DNA of 64,000 nucleotides from an uncultured beta proteobacterium (GCA_963792855.1 CAWBXZ010000017.1:5074-69073), one strand, 5' to 3'; counted from the stretch's first letter, positions 9,603-18,893 are shown. Numbers and translations: made by a program. The notes: generated from the letters alone by a model not told the origin.

Positions 9603-9636
9603 GGGCGCGCACTGAGAGGTGCGCGCCCTTCTTTTG
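9603..9636 (+). terminator. Rho-independent terminator between the PQQ dehydrogenase and its cytochrome c
   Basis: Perfect 10-bp GC-rich stem GGGCGCGCAC / GTGCGCGCCC, 6-nt loop, followed by TTCTTTT. Confidence 0.7.
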
Positions 9637-9722
9637 TCGTGATCGCGGATCGTTGCGGATCAGGTCAACATCAAAGGGTTCAGTCGCGTTGTGACCGACA
9701 CGAAAACATTGAGGGAGTGCAG

Positions 9723-10121
9723 ATGCAGATAACGAAGTGGCTTTTGGCGGTGTTTTGTGCCGCAGGCTTGTGGATGGCGCTTGTGCCGGCCGGCATGGCT
9801 GAGGATGACGAAATACCGGAAGTGAATCCCTATTCGGGCGACAAGAAAGCCATACGTTCCGGCCGCTCGTGGTACCGGAATGTGTGCAGTCCCTGCCACG
9901 GCGGCCGCGCCGACGGCCAGGGAGAGCGCGGCACCGGTGCGGATCTGCGCAAGCAAAAACTCGGTTACAAGGGTTTCGTCGAGGTTGTGCTCGAGGGCCG
10001 CAAGGTACAAGGCCGGATCCAGTTCATGCCGGGCTGGCGCGGTGTGCTCAGTATGAAAGACATTCTGGAGATCACTGCCTATGTGGAGACGCTGGCACTG
10101 CCGGAAGCGAACTGGAAGTGA
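9723..10121 (+). CDS. Class I c-type cytochrome (mono-heme), probable electron acceptor of the upstream dehydrogenase
   Basis: GAGGGAG SD-like sequence before the ATG at 9723. Signal peptide. CSPCHGG heme motif and FMPGW (Met ligand region). Confidence 0.75.
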   Translation: MQITKWLLAVFCAAGLWMALVPAGMAEDDEIPEVNPYSGDKKAIRSGRSWYRNVCSPCHGGRADGQGERGTGADLRKQKLGYKGFVEVVLEGRKVQGRIQFMPGWRGVLSMKDILEITAYVETLALPEANWK

Positions 10122-10248
10122 GTATTTACGGATGCAGCGGGGAGAGCGAGCGTGGCTCGCATTCGCTGTGTCCTCGATGGCCCGATGCGGGATGAGTCTC
10201 ATGGTGCGCAGGGGCTGCGCGTCCGTGCCCGATGCAATCTGATTGATC

Positions 10249-11478
10249 TCAGGCGGGTTGGGTCGCGCGCACCGAGCGTTCGCCGACCCCGACCGCGGCA
10301 GCAAGCGCGATGAACTGGAATGTGCCGATCAGAATGAATACCCAGCCAGGATGGCTGGTGTCCATGAGCGCGCCGAAGATCGGCGGCGAAATTGCCAGGC
10401 CGATGTCCAGGCCGGAGTAGACAACACCATAGACGCGCCCCGTCGCACCCCGTGGCGTTGCCGCGCGCACCAGCAGGTCGCGCGACGGCCCGGCGAGTCC
10501 GGCGCCGAAACCGACGACGGCAAGCATGGGCATTGCCATCCAGCCGGGCATCGTGCCGAGTGCCACGAGCGCAGCCGTGCCGCCCGAGATGGTAAACGCC
10601 ACGGCGATAACGCGATCGTGGTATTGCGTTCTCGCTGCCGCAAAACCGCCGGCGATCAGGCCGGCCGCGCTGGCGAGCATGTACGCGGTAATGCAGGCCG
10701 TAGCGAACGTGAACGGCACCGAATAGAGATCACGCAAGGCCGCCGGCGCGAAGCTCTGAATGCCGCCGAACGACAGCGCCGAAATCAGGAAGAACACAAA
10801 ACACATCCATACGGCAGGCTGGCGCAGGAAGGCCAGGGATCCGCTGGCGTCTGCGCGGTCGGGCGACTGTGCAACGGACGCCGACAACTCGCCCGGGTCC
10901 AGTAGTTCGCGCCATACGAACAGAACTGCCAGCACGGCGAACGCCAGCGCGGCGGCTGCCAGCAGGGCAATCCTCCAGTGAAACAGCGTCGCCAGACCTG
11001 CCAGAAACACGGGCGCGGCGGCCCAACCCAGCGCGCCGGACAATCCGTGCACGCTGAAGGCGTGTCCCAGCCGTTGCGTCGTGACGCGCCGGTTGAGCAC
11101 CGTGAAGTCGGCCGGGTGAAACACACTGTTGCCAAGGCCCGCCAGCGCGGAAAACAGCATCAGCACCGGGTAGCTGTTGCTCGACGCCAGTCCCAATGCG
11201 GCCAGGCCCAGCAGCGCGAGCCCGCCCAGCAGCACGGGCAATGCGCCGATACGGTCGACGACGAAACCGGCAAGCGCCTGACCGGCGCCCGAGATAATGA
11301 AGAACACCGTCATCAGCAGGCCGAGTTCGGCATAACTCAACCCGAATGCGTCCTTCAGCCACGGAAACAGCGGCGCGAGGAGCAGATGAAAGAAGTGCGA
11401 GGTGCCGTGGCCCAGCCCGACCAGGCCGATCACCTTGGCGTCGTCGCGCAGTGTCTGCGTCCCGGAAGTCATTGTCAT
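10249..11478 (-). CDS. MFS transporter
   Basis: 409 aa with about 12 hydrophobic segments and an MFS-like loop after TM2 (GFVVDRIGALP). Confidence 0.75.
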   Translation of the reverse strand: MTMTSGTQTLRDDAKVIGLVGLGHGTSHFFHLLLAPLFPWLKDAFGLSYAELGLLMTVFFIISGAGQALAGFVVDRIGALPVLLGGLALLGLAALGLASSNSYPVLMLFSALAGLGNSVFHPADFTVLNRRVTTQRLGHAFSVHGLSGALGWAAAPVFLAGLATLFHWRIALLAAAALAFAVLAVLFVWRELLDPGELSASVAQSPDRADASGSLAFLRQPAVWMCFVFFLISALSFGGIQSFAPAALRDLYSVPFTFATACITAYMLASAAGLIAGGFAAARTQYHDRVIAVAFTISGGTAALVALGTMPGWMAMPMLAVVGFGAGLAGPSRDLLVRAATPRGATGRVYGVVYSGLDIGLAISPPIFGALMDTSHPGWVFILIGTFQFIALAAAVGVGERSVRATQPA

Positions 11479-11563
11479 TTACCGGATTATTGGAATGCTC
11501 CGGGTGTGCAACATGCGAAGCGGAACACGCGCGGAAGCGGCTGATTATAAGCCCGTCCAGGCC

Positions 11564-12091
11564 CTAGTTCAGAGTGCGTTCGGCGGGAATATCGTCTGTC
11601 CGGGCAGCATCGAGCGTTGGCACCTCGAGCGTTAAATCCCACTCGGCCTTGGTTGCCGCGTCCTTGATGAGTTTCATCAATCCGTGCAGCAGGTTTTCGC
11701 CCAGCGACAAATCCAGACCGTTGCCTGCCTTCGGCAGCATGGAGAGTATGGTCTGTCCTTTTGCATTGCGCCGGGCGCGTATGCGTGTGACCAGAAACGG
11801 CGTGTCGCCGAGCGGATGTTCACGCTTCGGGTCTTTGGTCGCTTTTGAAAACTGGACTTTCCTGAGCGCCTTTTCGTGCTCGAACCCAAGCAGGGCCTGG
11901 CGTGCTTCAGGGCTGGCCTGGGACTGGATCTCCGGTCGCGACTGCGCAATTTGCAGCAATACCGGCCAGAAGCGTTTTACCAGCCGGCGCGTCATCCAGA
12001 ACAGAATTTCCGCTGACCCGGAGAAACACACGTGGACAAGCAGGCGATCGTCTTCTGGCAGAAACTCGACTGTAATGCGCTCCAGATTCAT
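11564..12091 (-). CDS. Hypothetical protein (175 aa), downstream of the EF-G paralogue
   Basis: Clean ORF with no recognisable motifs. Same strand as the EF-G-like gene, 247 nt downstream. Confidence 0.4.
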   Translation of the reverse strand: MNLERITVEFLPEDDRLLVHVCFSGSAEILFWMTRRLVKRFWPVLLQIAQSRPEIQSQASPEARQALLGFEHEKALRKVQFSKATKDPKREHPLGDTPFLVTRIRARRNAKGQTILSMLPKAGNGLDLSLGENLLHGLMKLIKDAATKAEWDLTLEVPTLDAARTDDIPAERTLN

Positions 12092-12338
12092 CGTGTCAGT
12101 TTACTGGAAGGTTGTCGAAATCAGAAACCGGCCGGAATAGAGGATGCCGCCGGAGCCCTGTCCGGGTCTCAAGGGCAACGCAGTGCGCAAGACGCGGGCT
12201 GCCATTCAGCAAAACGTCTCGATGGCATCGACTGCACAACGGGTTACGGACTGGCGGCCCGGTTTTCCGACAATCCGGTACGTGCGGCGGTTGTCCGCCG
12301 GCGGCGTCGTAGCGCGCTAGACAGCGAACATCGTCGCT

Positions 12339-14384
12339 TCAGTCGTCATGTTGCGCAGGCTTGTGTTCGGCGACCAGTTGTTGCTGGACATTGGGCGGCG
12401 CCGTTTCGTAATGACTGAATTCGATGCTGTAAGAGCCTGCGCCCCCGGTCATGGATTTCAGCCGAGATTGATAATTGTCGAGTTCCGCGAGGGGAACCTT
12501 GCCCGTGAGTTTCATCATGCCACCGGACAGCGCATCGTTTCCGCTGACTTGTCCGCGCCGTGATGCGAGGTCGCCGCTGATGTCGCCAATTGCCTCCTGC
12601 GGTACCGTCACCTCGATATTGACGACCGGTTCGAGCACGACCGGTTTGGCTTTTTGCACCGCGTCGAGAAACGCCTTGCGGCCCGCGGCGACAAACGCCA
12701 CTTCCTTGGAGTCGACACTGTGATGCTTCCCGTCATACACGGTAACTTTCACATCCTGCATCTTGTGACCTGAAAGCGGTCCGGATTCCAGCATCGAGCG
12801 AACACCTTTTTCAACGGCCGGAATGAACTGATTGGGAATCACTCCACCCTTGATTTCGTCAACGAACTGGAAGCCGCTGCCGCGCTCCAGCGGTGCAATG
12901 CGCAGGTATACCTCGCCGAACTGACCCGCGCCGCCGGTCTGCTTCTTGTGGCGGCAATGCCCTTCGGCTGTGGCCCTGATGGTTTCCCGGTAAGGAATTC
13001 GCGGCGGGCGCGTTGACACCTGCAGCCCGTAGGATTTCTCCATTTTCTCCAGGCTGAGGCGAAGATGCAGTTCGCCGAGACCGCGCACCACGGTTTCATT
13101 CAGCGTCGTGTCCTGTTCGATAATCAGCGTCGGATCTTCCGCACTCATCCGATGCAGCACGTCGGCCATTTTCTGCTCGTCGCCGTGGCGGGTTGGTTCG
13201 AGTGCCAGTCCGAACACCGGCTGCGGAAAATCGAGCGGCTCGAGATGAATGTGGTTGTCTTCCTGCGAGTCGTGCAGCACGGCGTCGAAGTGGATGTCGT
13301 CGACTTTTGCCACGGCGACGATGTCCCCCGGGACCGCGGCGTTGACTTCGACGTGATCCTTTCCTTGCAGCCGGTACAGGTGCGACACCTTGAACGGTTT
13401 GCGCGCGTCGCCGATGAACAGTTGCGTGTTCGGGGTCACCGTTCCCTGATGCACGCGAAACACGCCGAGCTTGCCGATGAACGGATCGATTTCCACCTTG
13501 AACACGTGTGCAAGAACGTGCTTCGACGGATCGGGTACGGCCTGGAGCGGTTTCGCCTCCTCGCCTTCTCCGCGGAGGAACGGCGGCGGGTTGCCCTCGG
13601 CGGGATTGGGCATCAGTTTGGAAAAAGCATCGAGCAGCAAGTCGATGCCGGCGCCGGTCTGTGCCGATACAAAACATACAGGCACCAGATGCCCCTCGCG
13701 AAGCGCGCGTTCGAACGGTTCGTGCAGTTGCTCTGGTGTGATATGTCCCTGATCAAGGTACATCGCCATGAGTTCTTCGTCGACTTCGACAACCTGATCA
13801 ACCAGCGAAGTGTGGGCTTCGGCAACCGGCATCAGATCGGATTCGCCGTCGGGGCGGAAAAAACAGTCGATGACTTTGGTGGCGTTGCTTGCCGGCAGGT
13901 TGATCGGAAGGCACTCGCTCCCGAACTCGGCCTGGATGTCGGCCAGCAACCCGGCGAGATCGACACCGTCGGCATCGATGCGGTTGATGATGATTATCCG
14001 GCACAGACCGCGTGACTGTGCCCAGTTCATCATGCGACGCGTCATCAGTTCGATGCCGGACGGTGCGTTGATGACGATGGCCGCTGTTTCGACAGCGGAC
14101 AGGGCGGACAGGGACTGGCCGACGAAGTCGAGATACCCCGGTGTGTCGAGCAGGTGGATCAGATTGCCGTCATGGGTGATATTGGTTACGGCCAGCTTGA
14201 TCGAATGGCCGTGTTCTTTTTCTCTTGGGTCGTAATCGCACACGGTGGAGCCGCGTGCGATCGAACCGGCCGTGCCGATTGCGCCGGTGTGCGCAAGCAG
14301 GCTTTCGATCAGGGTCGTCTTGCCCGATCCCCCCTGGCCGACGAGTGCAATGGTACGGACGTGCTCGGTGTCGAAGCTACCCAT
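12339..14384 (-). CDS. Elongation factor G paralogue (EF-G-like, divergent GTPase motifs)
   Basis: 681 aa with full five-domain EF-G architecture (CRHKKQTGGAGQFGEV, domain IV/V segments). G motifs read GQGGSGKTT, DTPGYLDF and NRID. Confidence 0.85.
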   Translation of the reverse strand: MGSFDTEHVRTIALVGQGGSGKTTLIESLLAHTGAIGTAGSIARGSTVCDYDPREKEHGHSIKLAVTNITHDGNLIHLLDTPGYLDFVGQSLSALSAVETAAIVINAPSGIELMTRRMMNWAQSRGLCRIIIINRIDADGVDLAGLLADIQAEFGSECLPINLPASNATKVIDCFFRPDGESDLMPVAEAHTSLVDQVVEVDEELMAMYLDQGHITPEQLHEPFERALREGHLVPVCFVSAQTGAGIDLLLDAFSKLMPNPAEGNPPPFLRGEGEEAKPLQAVPDPSKHVLAHVFKVEIDPFIGKLGVFRVHQGTVTPNTQLFIGDARKPFKVSHLYRLQGKDHVEVNAAVPGDIVAVAKVDDIHFDAVLHDSQEDNHIHLEPLDFPQPVFGLALEPTRHGDEQKMADVLHRMSAEDPTLIIEQDTTLNETVVRGLGELHLRLSLEKMEKSYGLQVSTRPPRIPYRETIRATAEGHCRHKKQTGGAGQFGEVYLRIAPLERGSGFQFVDEIKGGVIPNQFIPAVEKGVRSMLESGPLSGHKMQDVKVTVYDGKHHSVDSKEVAFVAAGRKAFLDAVQKAKPVVLEPVVNIEVTVPQEAIGDISGDLASRRGQVSGNDALSGGMMKLTGKVPLAELDNYQSRLKSMTGGAGSYSIEFSHYETAPPNVQQQLVAEHKPAQHDD

Positions 14385-14690
14385 TGTCTGCCTCCCAAAA
14401 TTCTTGTTCTGCTCGCGTTGGATACCCTCGTATCAGTATATGCAGCTCATGGCAGGTTGCAATACGTGGAACAGCGGTGCCGCGGCGCAGCATCCGGATC
14501 ACACTGGCATCCGGATGCCGCGCAATGGCGGAAACCTTGTTGCGCTTGATTCGTCAATGAGCGCCGTGTTTGCCGGGGGAAATTCTGAATTTTGTTTGCT
14601 GCGGCGCGGGCGCGCCGGTTGCGGGCTGGTACGCCCAACAGCAGTTATGCTGACAGCGGTTGGAGTGCGAACACGCCTGAAGGACTTGAT

Positions 14691-15074
14691 ATGAACCGGT
14701 TTGAAACGACTCACGTAAGGCGCGCCAGGGAAGAGCGGGCGCCGGATGGTTCCAGCGTCCTGCCTTTGCTGTCACTGCAATCCGGTGCGCTGGCGTTATT
14801 CGAATTGCACGCAGGTCAGGTGTCGCGGGCGATCAGGCATCGCAGCGTGAGCGAGATATGGCTGGTGCTGTCGGGACAGGGGTTGATGTGGCGGCAACAG
14901 GATGAACTTGAAGAAATCGTGTCGCTCGAGGAAGGCGTGTGTGTTTCGATACCGGTTGGCACCGCTTTCCAGTTCCGTTGCGACACAGAAGGCCCGCTGC
15001 GTATCGCTGCGGTGACCATGCCGCCCTGGCCGGGGGACGAGGAAGCCGTATGCGTCCCCGGCAAGTGGGCATGA
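14691..15074 (+). CDS. Cupin domain protein
   Basis: In-frame ATG at 14691. Small beta-barrel pattern (HRSVSEIWLVLSGQG...IPVGTAFQF). Confidence 0.55.
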   Translation: MNRFETTHVRRAREERAPDGSSVLPLLSLQSGALALFELHAGQVSRAIRHRSVSEIWLVLSGQGLMWRQQDELEEIVSLEEGVCVSIPVGTAFQFRCDTEGPLRIAAVTMPPWPGDEEAVCVPGKWA

Positions 15075-15087
15075 GCCGCACCGAGGC

Positions 15088-16191
15088 CTAGCGGGCGGTG
15101 TCGTATTCGGTAATGAGCGCGCGCACTTTGGTTACCATTCTTTCGCCCTTCAGGCCGCGATCATCGAGTGCCTTGATGCGTTTGCCGATCACCGCGTCGG
15201 CGGCCTGTTTCCAGCCGGCCAGATCGCTCCCGGGCAGGTTGCCGATCATGTCGCCGCGATTGGCCGCGTTCTGCATCGCTTTTGCTGCGGTCTCGTCAAA
15301 TACTTTTCCAATCCATGCGGAAACGTCGATGCCGCTGTTCTCCCTGATGACGTTCTTGAGATCATCGGCGAGACTGCGATAGGCATCAGGGTTCATCAGC
15401 AAGGCCGAGATCTCGGCGTAAGCCCACGGCGCCCCCGGGGGTGCTGCGACATGTACCTTGACCTGGTCCCCGAGGCCATGCGTTGCGAGGCTGCTCCACG
15501 ACAGCAGCACACCGTCGACGCCGGCATCGCGGAGCGCCTTGCCCATTTCGGCAGCGGGCATGACGACGGGCGACGCGCCCAGAGCGGCGAGGAAGTCCTC
15601 GCCATCGGCGTTCGGGACGGCAATCTTCAACCCCTTCAGGTCGGACAACGAGGCAAGCGGTTTGTCACGCATGTGAAACAGCGGCGCGTCGTGGCGGCTG
15701 GCCGCGAGTATGCGCAGTTCCTTGAACTCCCGGAACGCGAGATCGTTGACATCACACCAGGACCACAGGGCCCGGCTCGAACCCTCGGAAGCAGATCCCG
15801 ACAGAGCGGACCCGAAGATGCTGAAGCGTGGAAACATGTCGGGCGCGCTCGCCTGGTCGAGCCAGACGACGTCGACAGCCCGGTCCTGTGCAAGCTGGAA
15901 CAGATCGACTGCCTCCCCGGATTGTTCCGCCTGCGCGGTCAGCAGATTGATTCTGCCTCCCGAGGCATCGTATATATTCTGTACCCAGGGGCCGATAAAG
16001 AGCTGGTTCACTGCCGACGCGGATGGTTGCGTGGACTGCAACTTGAGCGTCACACCGTGTGCGAACGCGTTGCCCGCGAGTGTCATTAGCAACGCGGCAG
16101 CACAGGCCGGGAGTCTGCAGGCTGCGAGAATCGGGCTTCGGCTGAAGGAATAAAGGGGCACGGTTATGATCCTCCTGTAGGGCAGGCGCAT
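15088..16191 (-). CDS. TRAP-type transporter solute-binding protein (DctP family); no DctQM genes adjacent
   Basis: Signal peptide ending AFAHG. DctP-like sequence. No membrane components of a TRAP system nearby. Confidence 0.6.
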   Translation of the reverse strand: MRLPYRRIITVPLYSFSRSPILAACRLPACAAALLMTLAGNAFAHGVTLKLQSTQPSASAVNQLFIGPWVQNIYDASGGRINLLTAQAEQSGEAVDLFQLAQDRAVDVVWLDQASAPDMFPRFSIFGSALSGSASEGSSRALWSWCDVNDLAFREFKELRILAASRHDAPLFHMRDKPLASLSDLKGLKIAVPNADGEDFLAALGASPVVMPAAEMGKALRDAGVDGVLLSWSSLATHGLGDQVKVHVAAPPGAPWAYAEISALLMNPDAYRSLADDLKNVIRENSGIDVSAWIGKVFDETAAKAMQNAANRGDMIGNLPGSDLAGWKQAADAVIGKRIKALDDRGLKGERMVTKVRALITEYDTAR

Positions 16192-16377
16192 TGCCGCATC
16201 CGCAGACGGGTCGTCCTGACGGGGGCTCTGGCAGTGGGCGTGCCGGGTTTGGCGTTGGTGCGTTGTTTTGTGGTTGGGCTTACCGGCGCAAGTTTAGCAA
16301 TGGTTGGCGGAGCCGCCTATCGATTACCGCAATACTGCGGGCGCGATAATTCGGGTGATCTGGCCGGGAGGAGCGAA

Positions 16378-16977
16378 GTGGAGACTGTCGATACGATTCT
16401 CCGGTTCTGGTTTGGAACCGCGACGGATGATCTTGAAGTGGCCGAACAGTGCGGCAAGCTGTGGTGGAAGAAGGACGCGGAAACCGACGCGCATATTCGG
16501 GAGCGCTTTGCCGGTGTTCTGGACGATGCCGTCAACGCGCGATGCGAAGACTGGCTGAAGGACGCGCGCGGCCGTTTGGCGATGATCATACTGGCCGACC
16601 AGTTTTCGCGGAACATGTACCGCGAAACGCCGCGCGCCTTTGCCCACGATCCACTCGCGCTCAAATGGTGCAAGGAGGGATTGGAAGCGGGGGTGGACCA
16701 GCAGCTCAGGCCGATCGAGAGGGTCTTCGTTTATCTTCCGCTCGAGCATTCCGAAAACCTGGACGATCAGGAACGCTCGGTCGAACTGTTCACACAGCTT
16801 GCCAACGGCGTGGCGGAAGAGAAGCGCAAGTTGTTTGCCGGATACGTCGACTATGCCGAACGCCACCGCGATATCGTGCGGCGCTTCGGACGTTTTCCGC
16901 ACCGTAACGCAATTCTCGGCCGGGAATCATCGGCTGAAGAACTGGCGTTCCTGAAACAGCCCGGATCATCGTTCTGA
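16378..16977 (+). CDS. DUF924 family protein
   Basis: GGGAGGAG SD before the GTG at 16378. ILRFWFG...WWKKD...IRERF pattern is typical of DUF924. Confidence 0.65.
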   Translation: METVDTILRFWFGTATDDLEVAEQCGKLWWKKDAETDAHIRERFAGVLDDAVNARCEDWLKDARGRLAMIILADQFSRNMYRETPRAFAHDPLALKWCKEGLEAGVDQQLRPIERVFVYLPLEHSENLDDQERSVELFTQLANGVAEEKRKLFAGYVDYAERHRDIVRRFGRFPHRNAILGRESSAEELAFLKQPGSSF

Positions 16978-17147
16978 GGTACGGGATCGCGCGCAATGCG
17001 CGGATCAGGAGCCCCGATTCGCTGCGGGGATATGGCGTTTGGCGAAGAGAGCGGTAGACTGTTCGCGGTCCCGCATCACGCGCAGTACACGAGGTGCACG
17101 CGAACGGTCCGAAGTATGCACATACAAGACAGGGGGAGACGGAAAGG

Positions 17148-17924
17148 ATGGATCTCAAACTCAGGAACTTGCGGGTCATTGTCACGGCAGGCGCATCAGG
17201 CATCGGGCTGTCCGTTGCGAAAACGTTTGCCGCGGAAGGTGCGCGCGTCTATGTCTGTGACGTTGACAAGGAGGCGCTTGCCAAACTGGCAAAGTCACAC
17301 CCGCAAATCAGTGCCGGAGAATGTGACGTCGCAGATCGAGAAGCGGTTTCGGCGATGTTCGCTGATGCGATCGCGAAACTCGGCGGTCTCGATTGCCTGG
17401 TCAATAATGCAGGCATCGCTGGTCCGACCGGCCCCGTGTACGAGATCGAGCCCGCCGCGTGGGACCGGTGTCTGCAAGTCTGCCTGACCGGACAGTTCAA
17501 CTGCACCCGCCTTGCGGTAGAACACCTCAGAAAATCGAAAAACGCCTCCATCATCAACTTGTCCTCGGCCGCGGGGAAGTTCGGTTTTCCGAACCGCTCG
17601 CCTTACTCGTCGGCGAAATGGGGTGTGGTCGGATTCACCAAGTCCATCTCGATGGAGCTCGGAGAATTCGGTATTCGCTGTAACGCGATACTGCCGGGCC
17701 CGGTCGACGGTGCCCGCATCCGGCGCGTGATCGAGGAAAAAGCACAACTCGCGGGCAAGACCTTCGAAGAGCTCAAGATGGGCTGGCTTGCGCATGCGTC
17801 GATCAAGGAACTCATCGACCCGCAGCAACTCGCCGACATGATGGTATTTCTTGCCTCGCCCGTTGCGCGCACCATCTCCGGACAGGCGATCAGCATCGAT
17901 GGCGACATGCAGTCACTGGTCTGA
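17148..17924 (+). CDS. Short-chain dehydrogenase/reductase (SDR)
   Basis: TAGASGIG cofactor motif, NNAG, and S...YSSAK catalytic pattern. Start at the ATG 18 codons inside ORF 17094..17924. Confidence 0.85.
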   Translation: MDLKLRNLRVIVTAGASGIGLSVAKTFAAEGARVYVCDVDKEALAKLAKSHPQISAGECDVADREAVSAMFADAIAKLGGLDCLVNNAGIAGPTGPVYEIEPAAWDRCLQVCLTGQFNCTRLAVEHLRKSKNASIINLSSAAGKFGFPNRSPYSSAKWGVVGFTKSISMELGEFGIRCNAILPGPVDGARIRRVIEEKAQLAGKTFEELKMGWLAHASIKELIDPQQLADMMVFLASPVARTISGQAISIDGDMQSLV

Positions 17925-17955
17925 TCGGAGTTGGTCTGATCGGAATTGGTCTGAT
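17917..17955 (+). repeat. 15-bp tandem repeat x2.6 (TGGTCTGATCGGART) spanning the SDR stop codon
   Basis: Read directly: tggtctgatcggagt tggtctgatcggaat tggtctgat. Each unit carries the TGA in the SDR frame. Confidence 0.9.
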
Positions 17956-17963
17956 AAAAACGA

Positions 17964-17997
17964 GGTCTTGCGCTAATCCGGGAGTAAGCGCAAGACC
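17964..17997 (+). terminator. Perfect 10-bp inverted repeat (GGTCTTGCGC N14 GCGCAAGACC); possible terminator or structured element
   Basis: Read directly. No clear T-tract follows, so intrinsic-terminator function is uncertain. Confidence 0.35.
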
Positions 17998-18041
17998 GCT
18001 TCAGCAGAGAGAAAGCAGGGCGCAACAGACAGGGAGTAGCA

Positions 18042-18893
18042 GTGATGACGTCAGTAGTCAGCAGCGAATGGCTGGCCGCGAACCTGAATGCGGATGGCGT
18101 ACGCGTGGTGGATGCCACGGTGCATCTTCCCGATACCGGCCGGGACGCGCGGGCAGAGTACCTTGCCGGGCATATTCCCGGCGCGGTGTTCTTCGATCTG
18201 GCGCGGGTAGCCGATGCAGACAATCCGCTGCCGCGCAAGTTTCCGCCGCGCGAAACCTTCGCCCGGGAAGTGGGAGCGCTTGGCATCGACAACAATACGC
18301 ACGTGATCGCCTATGACACGCCGGGTTTGTACAGTGCAGCGCGCGTGTGGTGGCTGTTTCGCCAATACGGATATGACCGGGTTTCGATTCTCGATGGCGG
18401 ATTGAAAGCGTGGCTGGCCGAGGGACGTGCACTCGAGCCGGGGGAGGTGACGCCCAGGCCCGCCACATTTGTGCCGGGCAACGAACGTGCGCTGTATGCC
18501 GACTGGCGCGATGTATTGAACGTATCCAGCAACGGTGGTGCGCAGATTCTCGATGCCCGTACCGCCGGGCGCTTTGCCGGTACCGAAACGGATCGATATC
18601 CGGGCGCGCGCCCCGGACATATTCCAGGCAGCCGCAACCTCTACTGGGCGGAGTTGCTCAACAAGGAGACGAGAAAGCTGCTTCCCGTAGAAGAGATTCG
18701 CAAGCGCGTCGAAAGGGCCGGAATTTCCGGCGAGCAGCCGGTTGTCCTGTCGTGTGGCTCCGGTTTGACGGCATGCATACTTGCGCTCGGATTGCATCTG
18801 AGCGGCCGCGATGACTGGCGTGTCTACGATGGTTCCTGGGACGAGTGGGGGCGCAATCACGAATTGCCTGTCGAGACCGGGTCGCCCGAATAA
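18042..18893 (+). CDS. sseA: 3-mercaptopyruvate sulfurtransferase (tandem rhodanese domains)
   Basis: Two rhodanese domains and the active-site loop CGSGLTAC typical of the MST/SseA class. Confidence 0.8.
   Translation: MMTSVVSSEWLAANLNADGVRVVDATVHLPDTGRDARAEYLAGHIPGAVFFDLARVADADNPLPRKFPPRETFAREVGALGIDNNTHVIAYDTPGLYSAARVWWLFRQYGYDRVSILDGGLKAWLAEGRALEPGEVTPRPATFVPGNERALYADWRDVLNVSSNGGAQILDARTAGRFAGTETDRYPGARPGHIPGSRNLYWAELLNKETRKLLPVEEIRKRVERAGISGEQPVVLSCGSGLTACILALGLHLSGRDDWRVYDGSWDEWGRNHELPVETGSPE

Noticed and set aside
7846-9612. 588-aa ORF antisense to the whole PQQ dehydrogenase gene. Similar long antisense or shadow ORFs occur at 1849..3084, 13065..14015, 25143..26495, 35272..36777, 45826..46947, 54096..55088, 31188..32207 and elsewhere.
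   Set aside because: They mirror well-supported genes on the opposite strand. Their translations are Arg/Ala/Gly/Pro-rich and low in complexity, with no motifs. This is the expected stop-codon depletion of GC-rich DNA, not evidence of coding.
12285-12300. Hairpin CGGCGG-TTGT-CCGCCG downstream of the EF-G paralogue as a possible terminator.
   Set aside because: The stem is short and no T-tract follows on the minus strand. This is not enough to call a terminator.
14450-14465. TGGCAGGTTGCAATAC in the EF-G upstream region, which resembles a sigma54 element.
   Set aside because: The GG and GC dinucleotides are 8 nt apart, not the 10-11 required. It is also on the strand opposite the EF-G gene and far from the cupin gene start.
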